Shown here piece by piece: positions 10,851-19,781 of a stretch of DNA of 64,000 nucleotides. The position numbers were made by a program, and so were the translations under genes. The stretch's first letter is position 1; each line of letters begins with the position of its first letter. Source of the DNA: Alphaproteobacteria bacterium (lineage in GTDB: Bacteria; Pseudomonadota; Alphaproteobacteria; CAAHEQ01; UBA3637); assembly GCA_015062245.1 (NCBI GenBank), contig SUVA01000002.1:25234-89233 (forward strand). The letters are read 5' to 3'. Below the pieces are notes generated by a model that worked only from the letters and a program-made list of their open reading frames with translations, searched no databases and was not told the origin of the DNA.

Positions 10851-11945
10851 ATGATGGGATTGTGGCGGATTATTATGTTGACGGCAATGATGATAACGGG
10901 ATTGTCTGTTTTTTATTTGTCCTATCGGTTAGGGCGTTTTTCATTTTTTAAAGGAAGAAAGTTAAAATTTTTTGGTGGTGCGTTTTTTGTGGTAATGGGA
11001 TTTTCTTTAATGGGTGTTTTTTTGAACTTTATCAATGCGATAATTTGCGTTATTTATTTAACGCTGATATCATTAGTTTGTGATTTTTTATTTTGGATTT
11101 ATCAAAAAATATCCCGAAAAACATTGAACTATAACAGGTCTTTTCTTTTGGCATTGGTGCTGACTGTTTTTTCATTGTCTTTGGGGTGGTATAACGTCCA
11201 TTATGTGTGGCAAACCGATTATAAAATCCAAACCAACAAGAATATTCAAAACATAAAAATCGCAATGTTTGCGGATGCCCATATCGGCACAGCTTTTAAT
11301 GCAAAAGGTTTTGAAAAGCACTTGCAAAAAATCCAATCGCAAAATCCGGACATAGTGGTTGTGGTTGGTGATTTTGTGGATGATGATACCACACGTGCGG
11401 ATATGATAAAGTCGGTGGAAGCGTTGGGAAAAATCCAACCGCCCAAAGGCATTTACTTTGTTTTTGGCAATCATGATAAAGGATACTATGGCGCCCGTCA
11501 TCGTGGTTTTTCGGGGCAAGATTTGATAAACGAATTACAACAAAACGGCATTCGTGTGTTGCGTGATGAGGTTGTTTTAATTGATGATAACTTTTATTTA
11601 ATCGGGCGAAAGGACAAATCGCAGGGGCGTCAAAATATGGATGCGTTGACGGCCAATTTGGATAAAAGTAAATATATTTTGGTTTTGGATCATCAACCGA
11701 ACGATTATGAAAATCAAATAAGAGGTGGGGCAGATTTGGTTTTATCCGGTCATACACACGGCGGACAATTGTTTCCGTTTAATTATGTCGGTGAATATTT
11801 AAAAATCAATGATAAAACCTATGGCTATGAAAGGCGGGGACAGACGGATTTTATCGTCACATCAGGCATATCCGATTGGGCTATCCGCTTTAAAACAGGC
11901 ACCCAATCCGAATATGTGATAATTGAATTATCTGAAAAAGAATAA
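10851..11945 (+). CDS. membrane-anchored calcineurin-like metallophosphoesterase (paralog)
   Basis: AAGGAG RBS; TM N-terminus; GDFVDDD, GNHD, GHTHGGQ motifs. Confidence 0.8.
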   Translation: MMGLWRIIMLTAMMITGLSVFYLSYRLGRFSFFKGRKLKFFGGAFFVVMGFSLMGVFLNFINAIICVIYLTLISLVCDFLFWIYQKISRKTLNYNRSFLLALVLTVFSLSLGWYNVHYVWQTDYKIQTNKNIQNIKIAMFADAHIGTAFNAKGFEKHLQKIQSQNPDIVVVVGDFVDDDTTRADMIKSVEALGKIQPPKGIYFVFGNHDKGYYGARHRGFSGQDLINELQQNGIRVLRDEVVLIDDNFYLIGRKDKSQGRQNMDALTANLDKSKYILVLDHQPNDYENQIRGGADLVLSGHTHGGQLFPFNYVGEYLKINDKTYGYERRGQTDFIVTSGISDWAIRFKTGTQSEYVIIELSEKE

Positions 11946-11947
11946 GA

Positions 11948-13306
11948 TTATGCCGAAAAAAACAATACAACCAATACCAGCGGTGTCAGGTATCTGAGTA
12001 CCAACAAGAAGTATTTATTTAACCATTTGTTTTTGATTTTCAAATTATCCATAATCTGCGGGAAGATTTTCCATCCCATGAAAATACAATAAATCAATAC
12101 CAATAATCCCATGGTATAAGAACCGCTTAAATAATCCACAAAATCAAATAAATCTCGGCCCAGTAATTTTATTTGCCATTTTTTTGTAAATGAAGCCAAT
12201 ATTATCATGGAACAAAGGATGTTTGTAAAAGCGATACATAATGTTGCTTTCCATCGTTTCATATGCTTTTTTTCCATCAACAAATTGATGATGGGTTCAT
12301 AAATGGAAATTAAAGATGTCAGAGCCGCCACAAACAATAGGATAAAGAATAAGAACATGAAAAATGCCCCACCATTGACTTGATTAAAAACAAAGGGCAG
12401 GGTGATAAAGGTCAGGCCTGGGCCTTGATTGGCGGGCATATCAAAGGCAAATACAGCCGGTAAAATAATACAAGATGCTAATAATGCCACACAGGTATCT
12501 AATCCCACAATCCAACAGGCCGCTTTTTTGATATCCACATCCGGCTTTAAATAAGAACCGTAAATGAAGCATACGCCCATTCCCAAAGATAATGAATAAA
12601 TGGCTTGGCCCAGAGCCAATAAAGCGATATGTGCAAATTCTTTTAATTGAAAACCATCGCTATGAAAGCCTAACTTTGTCCAATCGGGGGTAAATAAAAA
12701 GGCGAAACCTTTGGATGAATTAGGTAATGAAAAGCTCCAAAACGCCATTAAAATCAACAGGACAAACAATATCGGCATTAAATAAAGTGATGCTTTTTCG
12801 ATTCCGCCTTTGACCCCTTTGATTAAAATAAAGCAACAACTGGCGACACACAAAATTCCCCAAAATAATTGTCCGAAATAAGATGAGGTCACTTTTTCAA
12901 AAAGTCCTTGGTTTACATTGACATCGGCCAGGTGAAATAAATTTTGTCCCGCTACAACCACATAAGAAAGCGTCCATCCGATAACAATCAGATAAATGCT
13001 GGATACCAAAATAATGTTTAAAATTGTTAAAAAACCGGCACTTTTTCCCCACATGGGTGATATTTTTTCGGGACAGACTTTTTGAAAGCCATTGATAAAG
13101 TTTGTTTGGGCTATTCGGCCAAAAGTCAATTTACTGCTTAGTAAAAAATAACCCAAAAAAATAACACAAAAAAGGTACATCAATAAAAAAGTTCCCCCGC
13201 TGTTTTGGGAAAGTAAATACGGGAAACGCCAAATGTTTCCCAAGCCGATAGCCGAACCGGCCGTGGCCAAAATGAAACCTAATTTTGATCCCCAATGAGC
13301 CCGCAT
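11948..13306 (-). CDS. sodium-dependent transporter, neurotransmitter:sodium symporter (SNF/NSS) family
   Basis: N-terminal WGSKLGFILATAGSAIGLGNIWRFPY signature of NSS family. Confidence 0.85.
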   Translation of the reverse strand: MRAHWGSKLGFILATAGSAIGLGNIWRFPYLLSQNSGGTFLLMYLFCVIFLGYFLLSSKLTFGRIAQTNFINGFQKVCPEKISPMWGKSAGFLTILNIILVSSIYLIVIGWTLSYVVVAGQNLFHLADVNVNQGLFEKVTSSYFGQLFWGILCVASCCFILIKGVKGGIEKASLYLMPILFVLLILMAFWSFSLPNSSKGFAFLFTPDWTKLGFHSDGFQLKEFAHIALLALGQAIYSLSLGMGVCFIYGSYLKPDVDIKKAACWIVGLDTCVALLASCIILPAVFAFDMPANQGPGLTFITLPFVFNQVNGGAFFMFLFFILLFVAALTSLISIYEPIINLLMEKKHMKRWKATLCIAFTNILCSMIILASFTKKWQIKLLGRDLFDFVDYLSGSYTMGLLVLIYCIFMGWKIFPQIMDNLKIKNKWLNKYFLLVLRYLTPLVLVVLFFSA

Positions 13307-14047
13307 TTAATCATCCTTGTTTGTTTTTTTGTTTGAAATGATTTGGTGAAACTGAATTAAAGCAATGGCGAACAGTAAGGGCAAAATTGCCTCACCAAAT
13401 TCTTCCAAAATTCTGAAAGCAAATCGGATGGGTTCATCCAATTGTTTGCCATAATGTTTGGCGTATTTTGACGGAAAGCGATCACAAAATTGTGTTGCAA
13501 TACCTAAGCCCCCAAAAGTCGCTATTGTCCAATAAAACGGTTCACGTTTGAAAAACCCGACAAACATTTTTTTAAAGTTTTTAATCAATAACCATAATAT
13601 TATTGATACCACTGATAAAATCAAAAATCCTGAAATAATTTTTTCATGCAAAGGATTGTTCGGGTTTGTGAAAAAACGGATTTTTATGGCGGTTGTATCG
13701 TGTTGGGTCAACCAATGTTGTAATCCCATTTCTCTTAACAGGGCAATCAACCACAAAAATACCAATGCCAAAAATGTTTTTTGCCTGGGGGTGTTTATGT
13801 AATCTTTTGCATATAAGATAACAGCAATAAAAGAAACAAAGTAACATAAGTAAGTTGTAACTTCGGAAACACCTGTTTTTTCAACGTCAAAAACACCCAA
13901 AAAACTGCGGAATAAATAGCAGGATGCAAAAAAGATAGTCAACAAAACGGCACTGAATATAGGTGAAAATGCATAATTTTGTATGCCGTATTTGTTTTTA
14001 TAAGTAATTGTTTTTGTTGCCATTTTTGTTCCTTTCATAAAAAGCAC
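13307..14047 (-). CDS. hypothetical integral membrane protein
   Basis: Multi-TM hydrophobic ORF, no recognizable family. Confidence 0.45.
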   Translation of the reverse strand: MLFMKGTKMATKTITYKNKYGIQNYAFSPIFSAVLLTIFFASCYLFRSFLGVFDVEKTGVSEVTTYLCYFVSFIAVILYAKDYINTPRQKTFLALVFLWLIALLREMGLQHWLTQHDTTAIKIRFFTNPNNPLHEKIISGFLILSVVSIILWLLIKNFKKMFVGFFKREPFYWTIATFGGLGIATQFCDRFPSKYAKHYGKQLDEPIRFAFRILEEFGEAILPLLFAIALIQFHQIISNKKTNKDD

Positions 14048-14115
14048 ATAACATTTTATGTTAAAAATTTTAAAAAGTCAATTTATCTTTATTTGTTTTG
14101 TTTTTGTAAAATGTC

Positions 14116-14144
14116 TTGCATTTAAAAAAAAAGTGGAGTATAAT
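14116..14144 (+). promoter_or_regulatory. sigma70-type promoter of tRNA-Pro (TTGCAT-17 bp-TATAAT)
   Basis: -35 TTGCAT 14116-14121, 17-nt spacer, -10 TATAAT 14139-14144, about 9 nt before the mature tRNA 5' end. Confidence 0.6.
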
Positions 14145-14153
14145 AGGCACATT

Positions 14154-14230
14154 CGGAGTGTAGCGCAGCCTGGTAGCGCACTTGTCTGGGGGGCAAGGTG
14201 TCGTGGGTTCAAATCCCGCCACTCCGACCA
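14154..14230 (+). tRNA. tRNA-Pro (anticodon GGG)
   Basis: Manual cloverleaf: acceptor CGGAGTG/CACTCCG, D-arm GCGC-AGCCTGGTA-GCGC, anticodon loop CTGGGGG, T-arm GTGGG-TTCAAAT-CCCGC, encoded CCA. Confidence 0.88.
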
Positions 14231-14404
14231 CTAAACACAAACGCCGAAAAATCGGCGTTTTTTCTTTTATTTTCAAGCACTTGCAAGAGTTCGAATGTTG
14301 AAAGCTAAAAAACAGCCATTTTCTTGAATTTACGAACTCTGGAACCAAAAAATCCTTATTTTTCAATACCTATCCATCGGGAAGCTAAAACTACTATCCC
14401 AGAA
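14221..14404 (+). repeat. cassette repeat R1 (contiguous with genuine tRNA-Pro 3' end)
   Basis: Shares ACTCCGACCACTAAACACAA, hairpin, GTTCGAAT, CAGCCATTTTC..TTTACGAACTCT..CCAAAAAATCC..CAATAC..GGGAGCTAAAA..TCCCAGAAA blocks with R2-R4. Confidence 0.8.
14241..14266 (+). terminator. rho-independent terminator after tRNA-Pro (also first element of repeat R1)
   Basis: acgccgaaaaatcggcgt hairpin followed by TTTTTTC. Confidence 0.6.
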
Positions 14405-14406
14405 AT

Positions 14407-15156
14407 TTACAACTTTTTATATATACTCATAACATGAGTAGAACAACCTATCATATCTGGACGTTCTGCTATCTGTAATTGTATTTGTTTGATTTTATTA
14501 AAGCTTGTTTTATCTAACTTATTTGTATATTCTTTTAATATTTCAAACAAGCCATCCAAGGATACATCGGATATGTGTTTTAATTTCGTCTTAGAAACCA
14601 GTTTGTGAAAGTCATTTACAAAATATGTTTCATAGATATCTTTTTCTACATGCTTTTTCTTAAAAGCGTTATAATTACCCTTTATCAATCCAAAACGGTA
14701 AATTATCGGTGTATTGGTTAGATAGTTAAATAACACTATTCCATTTTTCATACATATTCTATATGCTTCTTTAATTGCTTGAATTTTCTCATCTTCTTTA
14801 AATAAATGGGAGATAGGGCCATTTACAAAGACCACATCAAAGCAATCCGATTTTATAGATTTTAATTTTACAATATCACCACATAAAGTATCAAAATTAG
14901 AAGTTTTAATGCGTTTTGAAAGTCTATCCAAATTTTCTTGAAATAAATCTATCGCTGTAACGTGTTTTGCAAATTTAACTATCTCCGGCGAATAAGACCG
15001 AATTCCGGCTCCAATTTCTGCAACAGAGTTATGTTTCTTAATATACTTTTTTAGATAGTTAATTGTTACAAATCGTTCTAATAAAACATTGTTTTCTTCA
15101 ATTTTTTCACTTTTATTGCGTGTTTTATAAAACTTATATAGATTTTCTTTATCCAT
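14407..15156 (-). CDS. class I SAM-dependent methyltransferase (cassette 1)
   Basis: Motif I VAEIGAGIRSY, downstream D/E and VVFVNGPISH motif IV-like. Confidence 0.75.
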   Translation of the reverse strand: MDKENLYKFYKTRNKSEKIEENNVLLERFVTINYLKKYIKKHNSVAEIGAGIRSYSPEIVKFAKHVTAIDLFQENLDRLSKRIKTSNFDTLCGDIVKLKSIKSDCFDVVFVNGPISHLFKEDEKIQAIKEAYRICMKNGIVLFNYLTNTPIIYRFGLIKGNYNAFKKKHVEKDIYETYFVNDFHKLVSKTKLKHISDVSLDGLFEILKEYTNKLDKTSFNKIKQIQLQIAERPDMIGCSTHVMSIYKKL

Positions 15157-15211
15157 GATATACTCCCTTTAGAGCAGTTCTATCACAAATGGTATAAAAA
15201 AGCAATATCAA

Positions 15212-15416
15212 AGTTCGTGAATTGCGCATCCGTTCCGACCACTAAACACAAAGCATCAGAAATGGTGCTTTTTTATTTATTTTACAAGGTGTTGTGCGGG
15301 TTCGAATCTCCAACCGTCAAAATCAGCCATTTTCTTGAATTTACGAACTCTGGAACAAAAAAGTCCTTTAAAATCAATATAGGAAGTCTGGGAGCTAAAA
15401 TTACTGTTCCAGAAAA
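15212..15416 (+). repeat. cassette repeat R2
   Basis: Begins AGTTCGTGAATTGCGCATCCGTTCCGACCACTAAACACAA (degenerate tRNA T-arm/acceptor 3' half); same block order as R1. Confidence 0.8.
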
Positions 15417-15422
15417 AATGGC

Positions 15423-15451
15423 TTGACTTTCCTTATCTTTATATGTAAACT
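15423..15451 (+). promoter_or_regulatory. candidate sigma70 promoter for NUDIX/HAD cassette (TTGACT-17-TAAACT)
   Basis: Located directly after R2; AAGGAG RBS at 15472 and ATG at 15484 follow. Confidence 0.4.
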
Positions 15452-15483
15452 GGTTCTAGATTTTTCTAAAAAAGGAGTTTTAA

Positions 15484-15912
15484 ATGTCTGAAAATACTGT
15501 TTTTGTGGGATGTGGTGTTATTTTGCTTAACTCAAAAGGTCAATTTTTAATGATGAAACGCACCAGTAAACACGGGCAAGGGACTTGGGGCTTACCTGGT
15601 GGGCACATGGAATTTGGTGAAACATTTGAAACAGTGGCTATTCGTGAGGTTTCTGAAGAATTAGGTATTGAAATTCATAATCCGCACGTTTTAGGCGTTA
15701 CCAACAACTTCTTTCCAAATGAAAACAAGCATTCTGTTAGTATTATTTTGATTGCAAGGTTAGAAAATCAAGAACCAAAGAACATGGAACCACATAAATG
15801 TTCAGAATTGCGTTGGTGTGACGATTGGGAACATTTACCGGCTCCTGTTTTTATCCCTTATAATAAGTATATTTCCTTAAAACAAATAAGAGAATATTTT
15901 GAAAGTAAATAG
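15484..15912 (+). CDS. NUDIX hydrolase (cassette 2)
   Basis: NUDIX box GGHMEFGETFETVAIREVSEELGI. Confidence 0.85.
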   Translation: MSENTVFVGCGVILLNSKGQFLMMKRTSKHGQGTWGLPGGHMEFGETFETVAIREVSEELGIEIHNPHVLGVTNNFFPNENKHSVSIILIARLENQEPKNMEPHKCSELRWCDDWEHLPAPVFIPYNKYISLKQIREYFESK

Positions 15913-16615
15913 CCATATTCCGAATTTAAAGACCAAAACACATCTGATTTTTGATTTAGATGGGACCTTGATTGATTCTTTAAATATCTGGAATGTCATT
16001 GATCAGGCTGTTTTAAAAGGCCTAAACATTGTTGTCCCTTTGGATATTCTTCAACAAGAGCATACGATTTTTTTTAAAAAAGAAAATAGCTATATTCATT
16101 ATGCACAATTTTTAATTAAAAATCATCACTTAGAAATTACACCAGAAGAATTTCTGAAGATGCGTTGGCAAATAGCAGATAGCATTTTAACAGAACAAGT
16201 TGATTTTAAAAATGGTGTTGTAAAGATCCTTAAAAAATTAAAAGAACAATATGTACTTATATTAGCAACCAGCTCTACAAAACATATTCTATCGATTTAT
16301 GCACACCAAAATCAAAAAATGGCAAAAAGGTTATGTTTAGAAACTTTCTTTGATATGATATTGACACAGGAGGATATTCCTTTTGGAAAGGGAAAGCCTG
16401 AACCAGATATTTATTTGACTGTTCTGAAAAAATATTCTGTTAAACCTGAAAAATGCCTTATTTTTGAAGATTCATTGGAGGGTGTACAAGCCGCTTATCA
16501 CTCTGGCATAGATGTCATTCATGTAAATGATCCATTTATTCCTTTTGAGGATAAAAAATCAATACAGAAATATACCCCTTATCATTTGAAGAAATGGTCA
16601 GATTTTAAGATATAA
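15899..16615 (+). CDS. HAD-superfamily hydrolase (beta-phosphoglucomutase-like; cassette 2)
   Basis: Motif I LIFDLDGTLIDS; 14-nt overlap with NUDIX gene suggests an operon. Confidence 0.8.
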   Translation: MKVNSHIPNLKTKTHLIFDLDGTLIDSLNIWNVIDQAVLKGLNIVVPLDILQQEHTIFFKKENSYIHYAQFLIKNHHLEITPEEFLKMRWQIADSILTEQVDFKNGVVKILKKLKEQYVLILATSSTKHILSIYAHQNQKMAKRLCLETFFDMILTQEDIPFGKGKPEPDIYLTVLKKYSVKPEKCLIFEDSLEGVQAAYHSGIDVIHVNDPFIPFEDKKSIQKYTPYHLKKWSDFKI

Positions 16616-16625
16616 AATATTTTCT

Positions 16626-16832
16626 GAGCTCGTGAATTGCGCATTCATTCCGACCACTAAACACAAGTCGTCTCAAAAGGCGACTTTTTCTTTATTTTAC
16701 AAGCACTTATAAAAGTTCGAATGTTCAACTGTCAAAATTGGCTATTTTCAGCCATTTACGAACTCTTGAACCAAAAAATCCTTATTTTTCAATACTTGTC
16801 CTCTGAGAGTTCCAAACTACCATCCCAGAAAA
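16626..16832 (+). repeat. cassette repeat R3
   Basis: GAGCTCGTGAATTGCGCATTCATTCCGACCACTAAACACAA + hairpin gtcgtctcaaaaggcgac + conserved blocks. Confidence 0.8.
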
Positions 16833-16900
16833 TAGGTAATATTTTCAAATTTGTTTACAATATTATTGCTATTTTTGAAATAACATAGTATTCTAACCAT

Positions 16901-18562
16901 ATGTTAAGGCCTATAAAAGATTTTTTTATATTACAAATATTAAAAAAGAATAAAACACAGTTACAATTTCTTCTGCTCTTTTTGATGTTCTTCTTTTCTG
17001 TTTTGCAAGTGTATACTGAACCAGTACTTTTTAATGTTTGTTTTCTTTCTTTTTTTGCATTTGTTTGGTTTCTATTAGCGATAAAAAGACAGGTTATTTT
17101 TACTTTATATTTTTTTCTTGTTTTTTCCCCTGGATGCCTGCACTTCGTCTACCAACTTATATTTCGTCATCCAATAGATGATGCATCCATTGAGCAGGTA
17201 TTCATCTCTAATATTGCAATTAGTTTTGCTTTTTTAAAATCTCATCCTATATTGCTATGTTGTATTCCGTTAATTTTACTGCTTTTTGTACTTTTTTCGC
17301 ATATTTCGCATTTAATTGCTTCTCTCCAAATTTCATCCAGTAAGTACATACGTTTTTTAAGTACGTTGATGCTTTTGTGGCTAATAGTATTTTTATTGTT
17401 CTCTCATGGAAGTATATATCGTGTTGTCTTTGACGGATATCTTTCCTATAAAGCCGACTGTGCTTTTGTAGCGGATATAGTTGAAAAAAAACTCAACACT
17501 ACTTTTTCAAATGTAAAAATATCAGAGGATCAAACGGTTATTGTCGTGATAGGGGAATCCGAAACAAGAACGATGTTATCCTTGTATGGATATCAAAAAG
17601 ATACAACACCCCATTTATCTGACTTAAAAGATAAACTGATTGTTTTTTCTGATGTGTTCTCTCCACATTCCCATACAGCGACTGTTTTGGACAAAGCTTT
17701 ATCCCTAAAATCATTTAGTGACACTCCGAATAATTTTGGATCTGTTATTGATTTGTTTTCTCAAGCAGGGTTTGAAGTCTGGTGGCTTTCAACTCCACCT
17801 TTAAGAGACGTATGGTCTGGTTCAACAATGGCTATTTTATCAAATGCTGCACATCATAAATTTTTTCTAAATAAAGGTATATCATGGGATAGACATGACA
17901 TTGACTTATTACCAAAAATCAAAGAAGCAATTCTTCAACCCACTCCCAAAAAATTAATTTTTGTACATTTATTAGGGAGTCATGGAGCATATACGGATAG
18001 ATATCCAGAATCATTACGACGTCTTGATTTGACACCATATGAGAATACTATTTATTCAACAGATTACTTTATGAATGAAATAATCAATTTTTTAGAAAAA
18101 GAAAATATAAAAAACACGAAACTTCTTTATTTTTCGGATCATGGTGATGCACCACAGTGTCAATGTCATACAGAAGCGTTAGGATATCCAGAAATGTTTG
18201 AAGTCCCTTTTTATCTTTGGCTCAGTCCTGATATTAGAAATAAGTTTAAGTTAAATAAAGATATGCTTACAAAACCCTATAATACAGAACATTTGATTCA
18301 CTCGATTGCTGATTTGGCAAAAATTTCATCGGATGAAATTGATATACAAAAAAGCATTTTTAATCAAAATAGGAGAGGATTATATATTATGTTAGATGGT
18401 AAAAAATATGCTATTTCTTCGGATTTAATCTTTGAAGTTTCTCATCCTATAACAAGAGGAAAGGTAGTTGATTTTTCTGAGCATTACTTAAAAATCAAGT
18501 GGTATTCTTCTGGTGAGATAGAAACATGGGAAAATAAAAATTCAATTTGGCAAAAAATATAA
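16901..18562 (+). CDS. sulfatase-family membrane protein, phosphoethanolamine/phosphoglycerol transferase (EptA/OpgB)-like (cassette 3)
   Basis: Five N-terminal TM helices followed by alkaline-phosphatase/sulfatase-fold domain (VIGESETR.., DHGD motifs). Confidence 0.7.
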   Translation: MLRPIKDFFILQILKKNKTQLQFLLLFLMFFFSVLQVYTEPVLFNVCFLSFFAFVWFLLAIKRQVIFTLYFFLVFSPGCLHFVYQLIFRHPIDDASIEQVFISNIAISFAFLKSHPILLCCIPLILLLFVLFSHISHLIASLQISSSKYIRFLSTLMLLWLIVFLLFSHGSIYRVVFDGYLSYKADCAFVADIVEKKLNTTFSNVKISEDQTVIVVIGESETRTMLSLYGYQKDTTPHLSDLKDKLIVFSDVFSPHSHTATVLDKALSLKSFSDTPNNFGSVIDLFSQAGFEVWWLSTPPLRDVWSGSTMAILSNAAHHKFFLNKGISWDRHDIDLLPKIKEAILQPTPKKLIFVHLLGSHGAYTDRYPESLRRLDLTPYENTIYSTDYFMNEIINFLEKENIKNTKLLYFSDHGDAPQCQCHTEALGYPEMFEVPFYLWLSPDIRNKFKLNKDMLTKPYNTEHLIHSIADLAKISSDEIDIQKSIFNQNRRGLYIMLDGKKYAISSDLIFEVSHPITRGKVVDFSEHYLKIKWYSSGEIETWENKNSIWQKI

Positions 18563-18575
18563 ATTTATTTGCTCT

Positions 18576-18783
18576 GAGTTCGTAAATTGCGCATTCACTC
18601 CGACCACTAAACACAAAGCATCAGAAATGGTGCTTTTTTCTTTATCTTACAAGGCCTTGTTCGGGTTCGTATGTTCAACTGTCAAAATCAGCCATTTTCA
18701 ACCATTTACGAACTCTTGAGTCAAAAAATCCTTTGTTTTCAATACCTGTCCCTTGGGAGCCTAAAACATAAATCCCAGAAAAT
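18576..18783 (+). repeat. cassette repeat R4
   Basis: GAGTTCGTAAATTGCGCATTCACTCCGACCACTAAACACAA; hairpin identical to R2 (agcatcagaaatggtgct). Confidence 0.8.
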
Positions 18784-18822
18784 AGACCTAAAAATTTAAT
18801 TTATTTTTCCTTACAAAATATG

Positions 18823-18851
18823 TTGACATTAGCGTGATTTTTTGATTAAAT
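18823..18851 (+). promoter_or_regulatory. candidate sigma70 promoter (TTGACA-17-TTAAAT) for small cassette ORF
   Basis: Consensus -35 and acceptable -10 with 17-nt spacing directly after R4. Confidence 0.4.
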
Positions 18852-18884
18852 GAAATCATTATCAATTTTAGTGAAAGGAAAAAA

Positions 18885-19100
18885 ATGTTTAATAATCGAC
18901 CTCGAGTAAGGGTTGCTTTTTCAAAAAAGTCTATTCAAAAGATAAAAGAAGCAATAGAAAATCTTAACTCTTTGCAACCAGTTTTACCCCTTCCTAAAAA
19001 AGAGTCAACCAGAGAAGAATGGCTAGAAAGACAACATAAAATTTTATCTTATCAACCTCCACGTCCTGTATCTTTTAGGGGTAGACAAAGGGGTGAATAA
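18885..19100 (+). CDS. hypothetical small protein (cassette 4)
   Basis: 71-aa ORF with GGA-rich RBS region, bounded by R4 and partial R5; no homology recognized. Confidence 0.3.
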   Translation: MFNNRPRVRVAFSKKSIQKIKEAIENLNSLQPVLPLPKKESTREEWLERQHKILSYQPPRPVSFRGRQRGE

Positions 19101-19123
19101 TTTTCATGTAAAACGGTTGGACT

Positions 19124-19160
19124 AAGCTCGTAAATTGTACATCCATTCCGACTATTCTTT
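19124..19160 (+). repeat. truncated cassette repeat R5 (tRNA-3'-end-like part only)
   Basis: AAGCTCGTAAATTGTACATCCATTCCGACTATTC aligns to the first 35 nt of R2-R4. Confidence 0.6.
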
Positions 19161-19214
19161 CTAAGAATAATTAAACTTACAGATAAATTCTCTTGAAAAA
19201 AAGAAAGGAATAAA

Positions 19215-19781
19215 ATGAAAATAGAATGGAAAATTGATAAGTTATTAGCACCTTTACCAGCTGCGCTAGTTTCGTGTGGAACGATGAAAAAAGCGAACGT
19301 TTTAACTGTTTCGTGGACAGGTTTTTTAAACTCTGAACCGTTGATGACCTATGTTGCTATTCGACCTTCTCGCTATTCGTATCGTTTAATTAAACGTGGC
19401 AAAAGTTTTGTTATTAATATTCCTAATAAAAAATTATTACACTGCGTAGATGTATGCGGTCTTAAAAGTGGTAAAGATACAGATAAATTTGCTGAATGTG
19501 GCATAACAGCCGTTGAAAGTAAGATGGTTTCTGCGCCGTCTATTTTAGAGTGTCCTATTTCTATAGAGTGTGAAGTTTGTGATATTTTAAAAAATCCATC
19601 ACATGATGCTTTTATTGCAAAAGTGAAAACTATTACTATAGACGATCAATATATGGAGGGTCGCAAATTTAATTTTGTTAAGGCCGGTTTGATAATGTCG
19701 GCACATCGACAATACTTTGAAGTGGGTGATTTTTTAGCTGATACTTTCTATACAGCACAAGAAAATTCTAAGAGTAAATAA
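19215..19781 (+). CDS. flavin reductase-like (NADH:FMN oxidoreductase, HpaC/RutF family) protein (cassette 5)
   Basis: Flavin_Reduct domain pattern (LVSCGT...NVLTVSW...P...VAIRPSRYS). Confidence 0.75.
   Translation: MKIEWKIDKLLAPLPAALVSCGTMKKANVLTVSWTGFLNSEPLMTYVAIRPSRYSYRLIKRGKSFVINIPNKKLLHCVDVCGLKSGKDTDKFAECGITAVESKMVSAPSILECPISIECEVCDILKNPSHDAFIAKVKTITIDDQYMEGRKFNFVKAGLIMSAHRQYFEVGDFLADTFYTAQENSKSK

Noticed and set aside
14070-14366. 98-aa minus-strand ORF spanning tRNA-Pro and repeat R1
   Set aside because: Overlaps a well-folded tRNA gene and its terminator; artefact of the repeat and tRNA sequence.
15217-15426. 69-aa ORF lying wholly within cassette repeat R2
   Set aside because: Coincident with a non-coding repeat present in four more copies, where the frame is not conserved.
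14221-19160. Repeats R1-R5 considered as IS elements, MITEs or rRNA/tRNA pseudogene fragments
   Set aside because: No transposase and no terminal inverted repeats bounding each unit. Only the first ~35 nt is tRNA-like. The regular position at cassette 3' ends fits recombination sites better than transposon ends.
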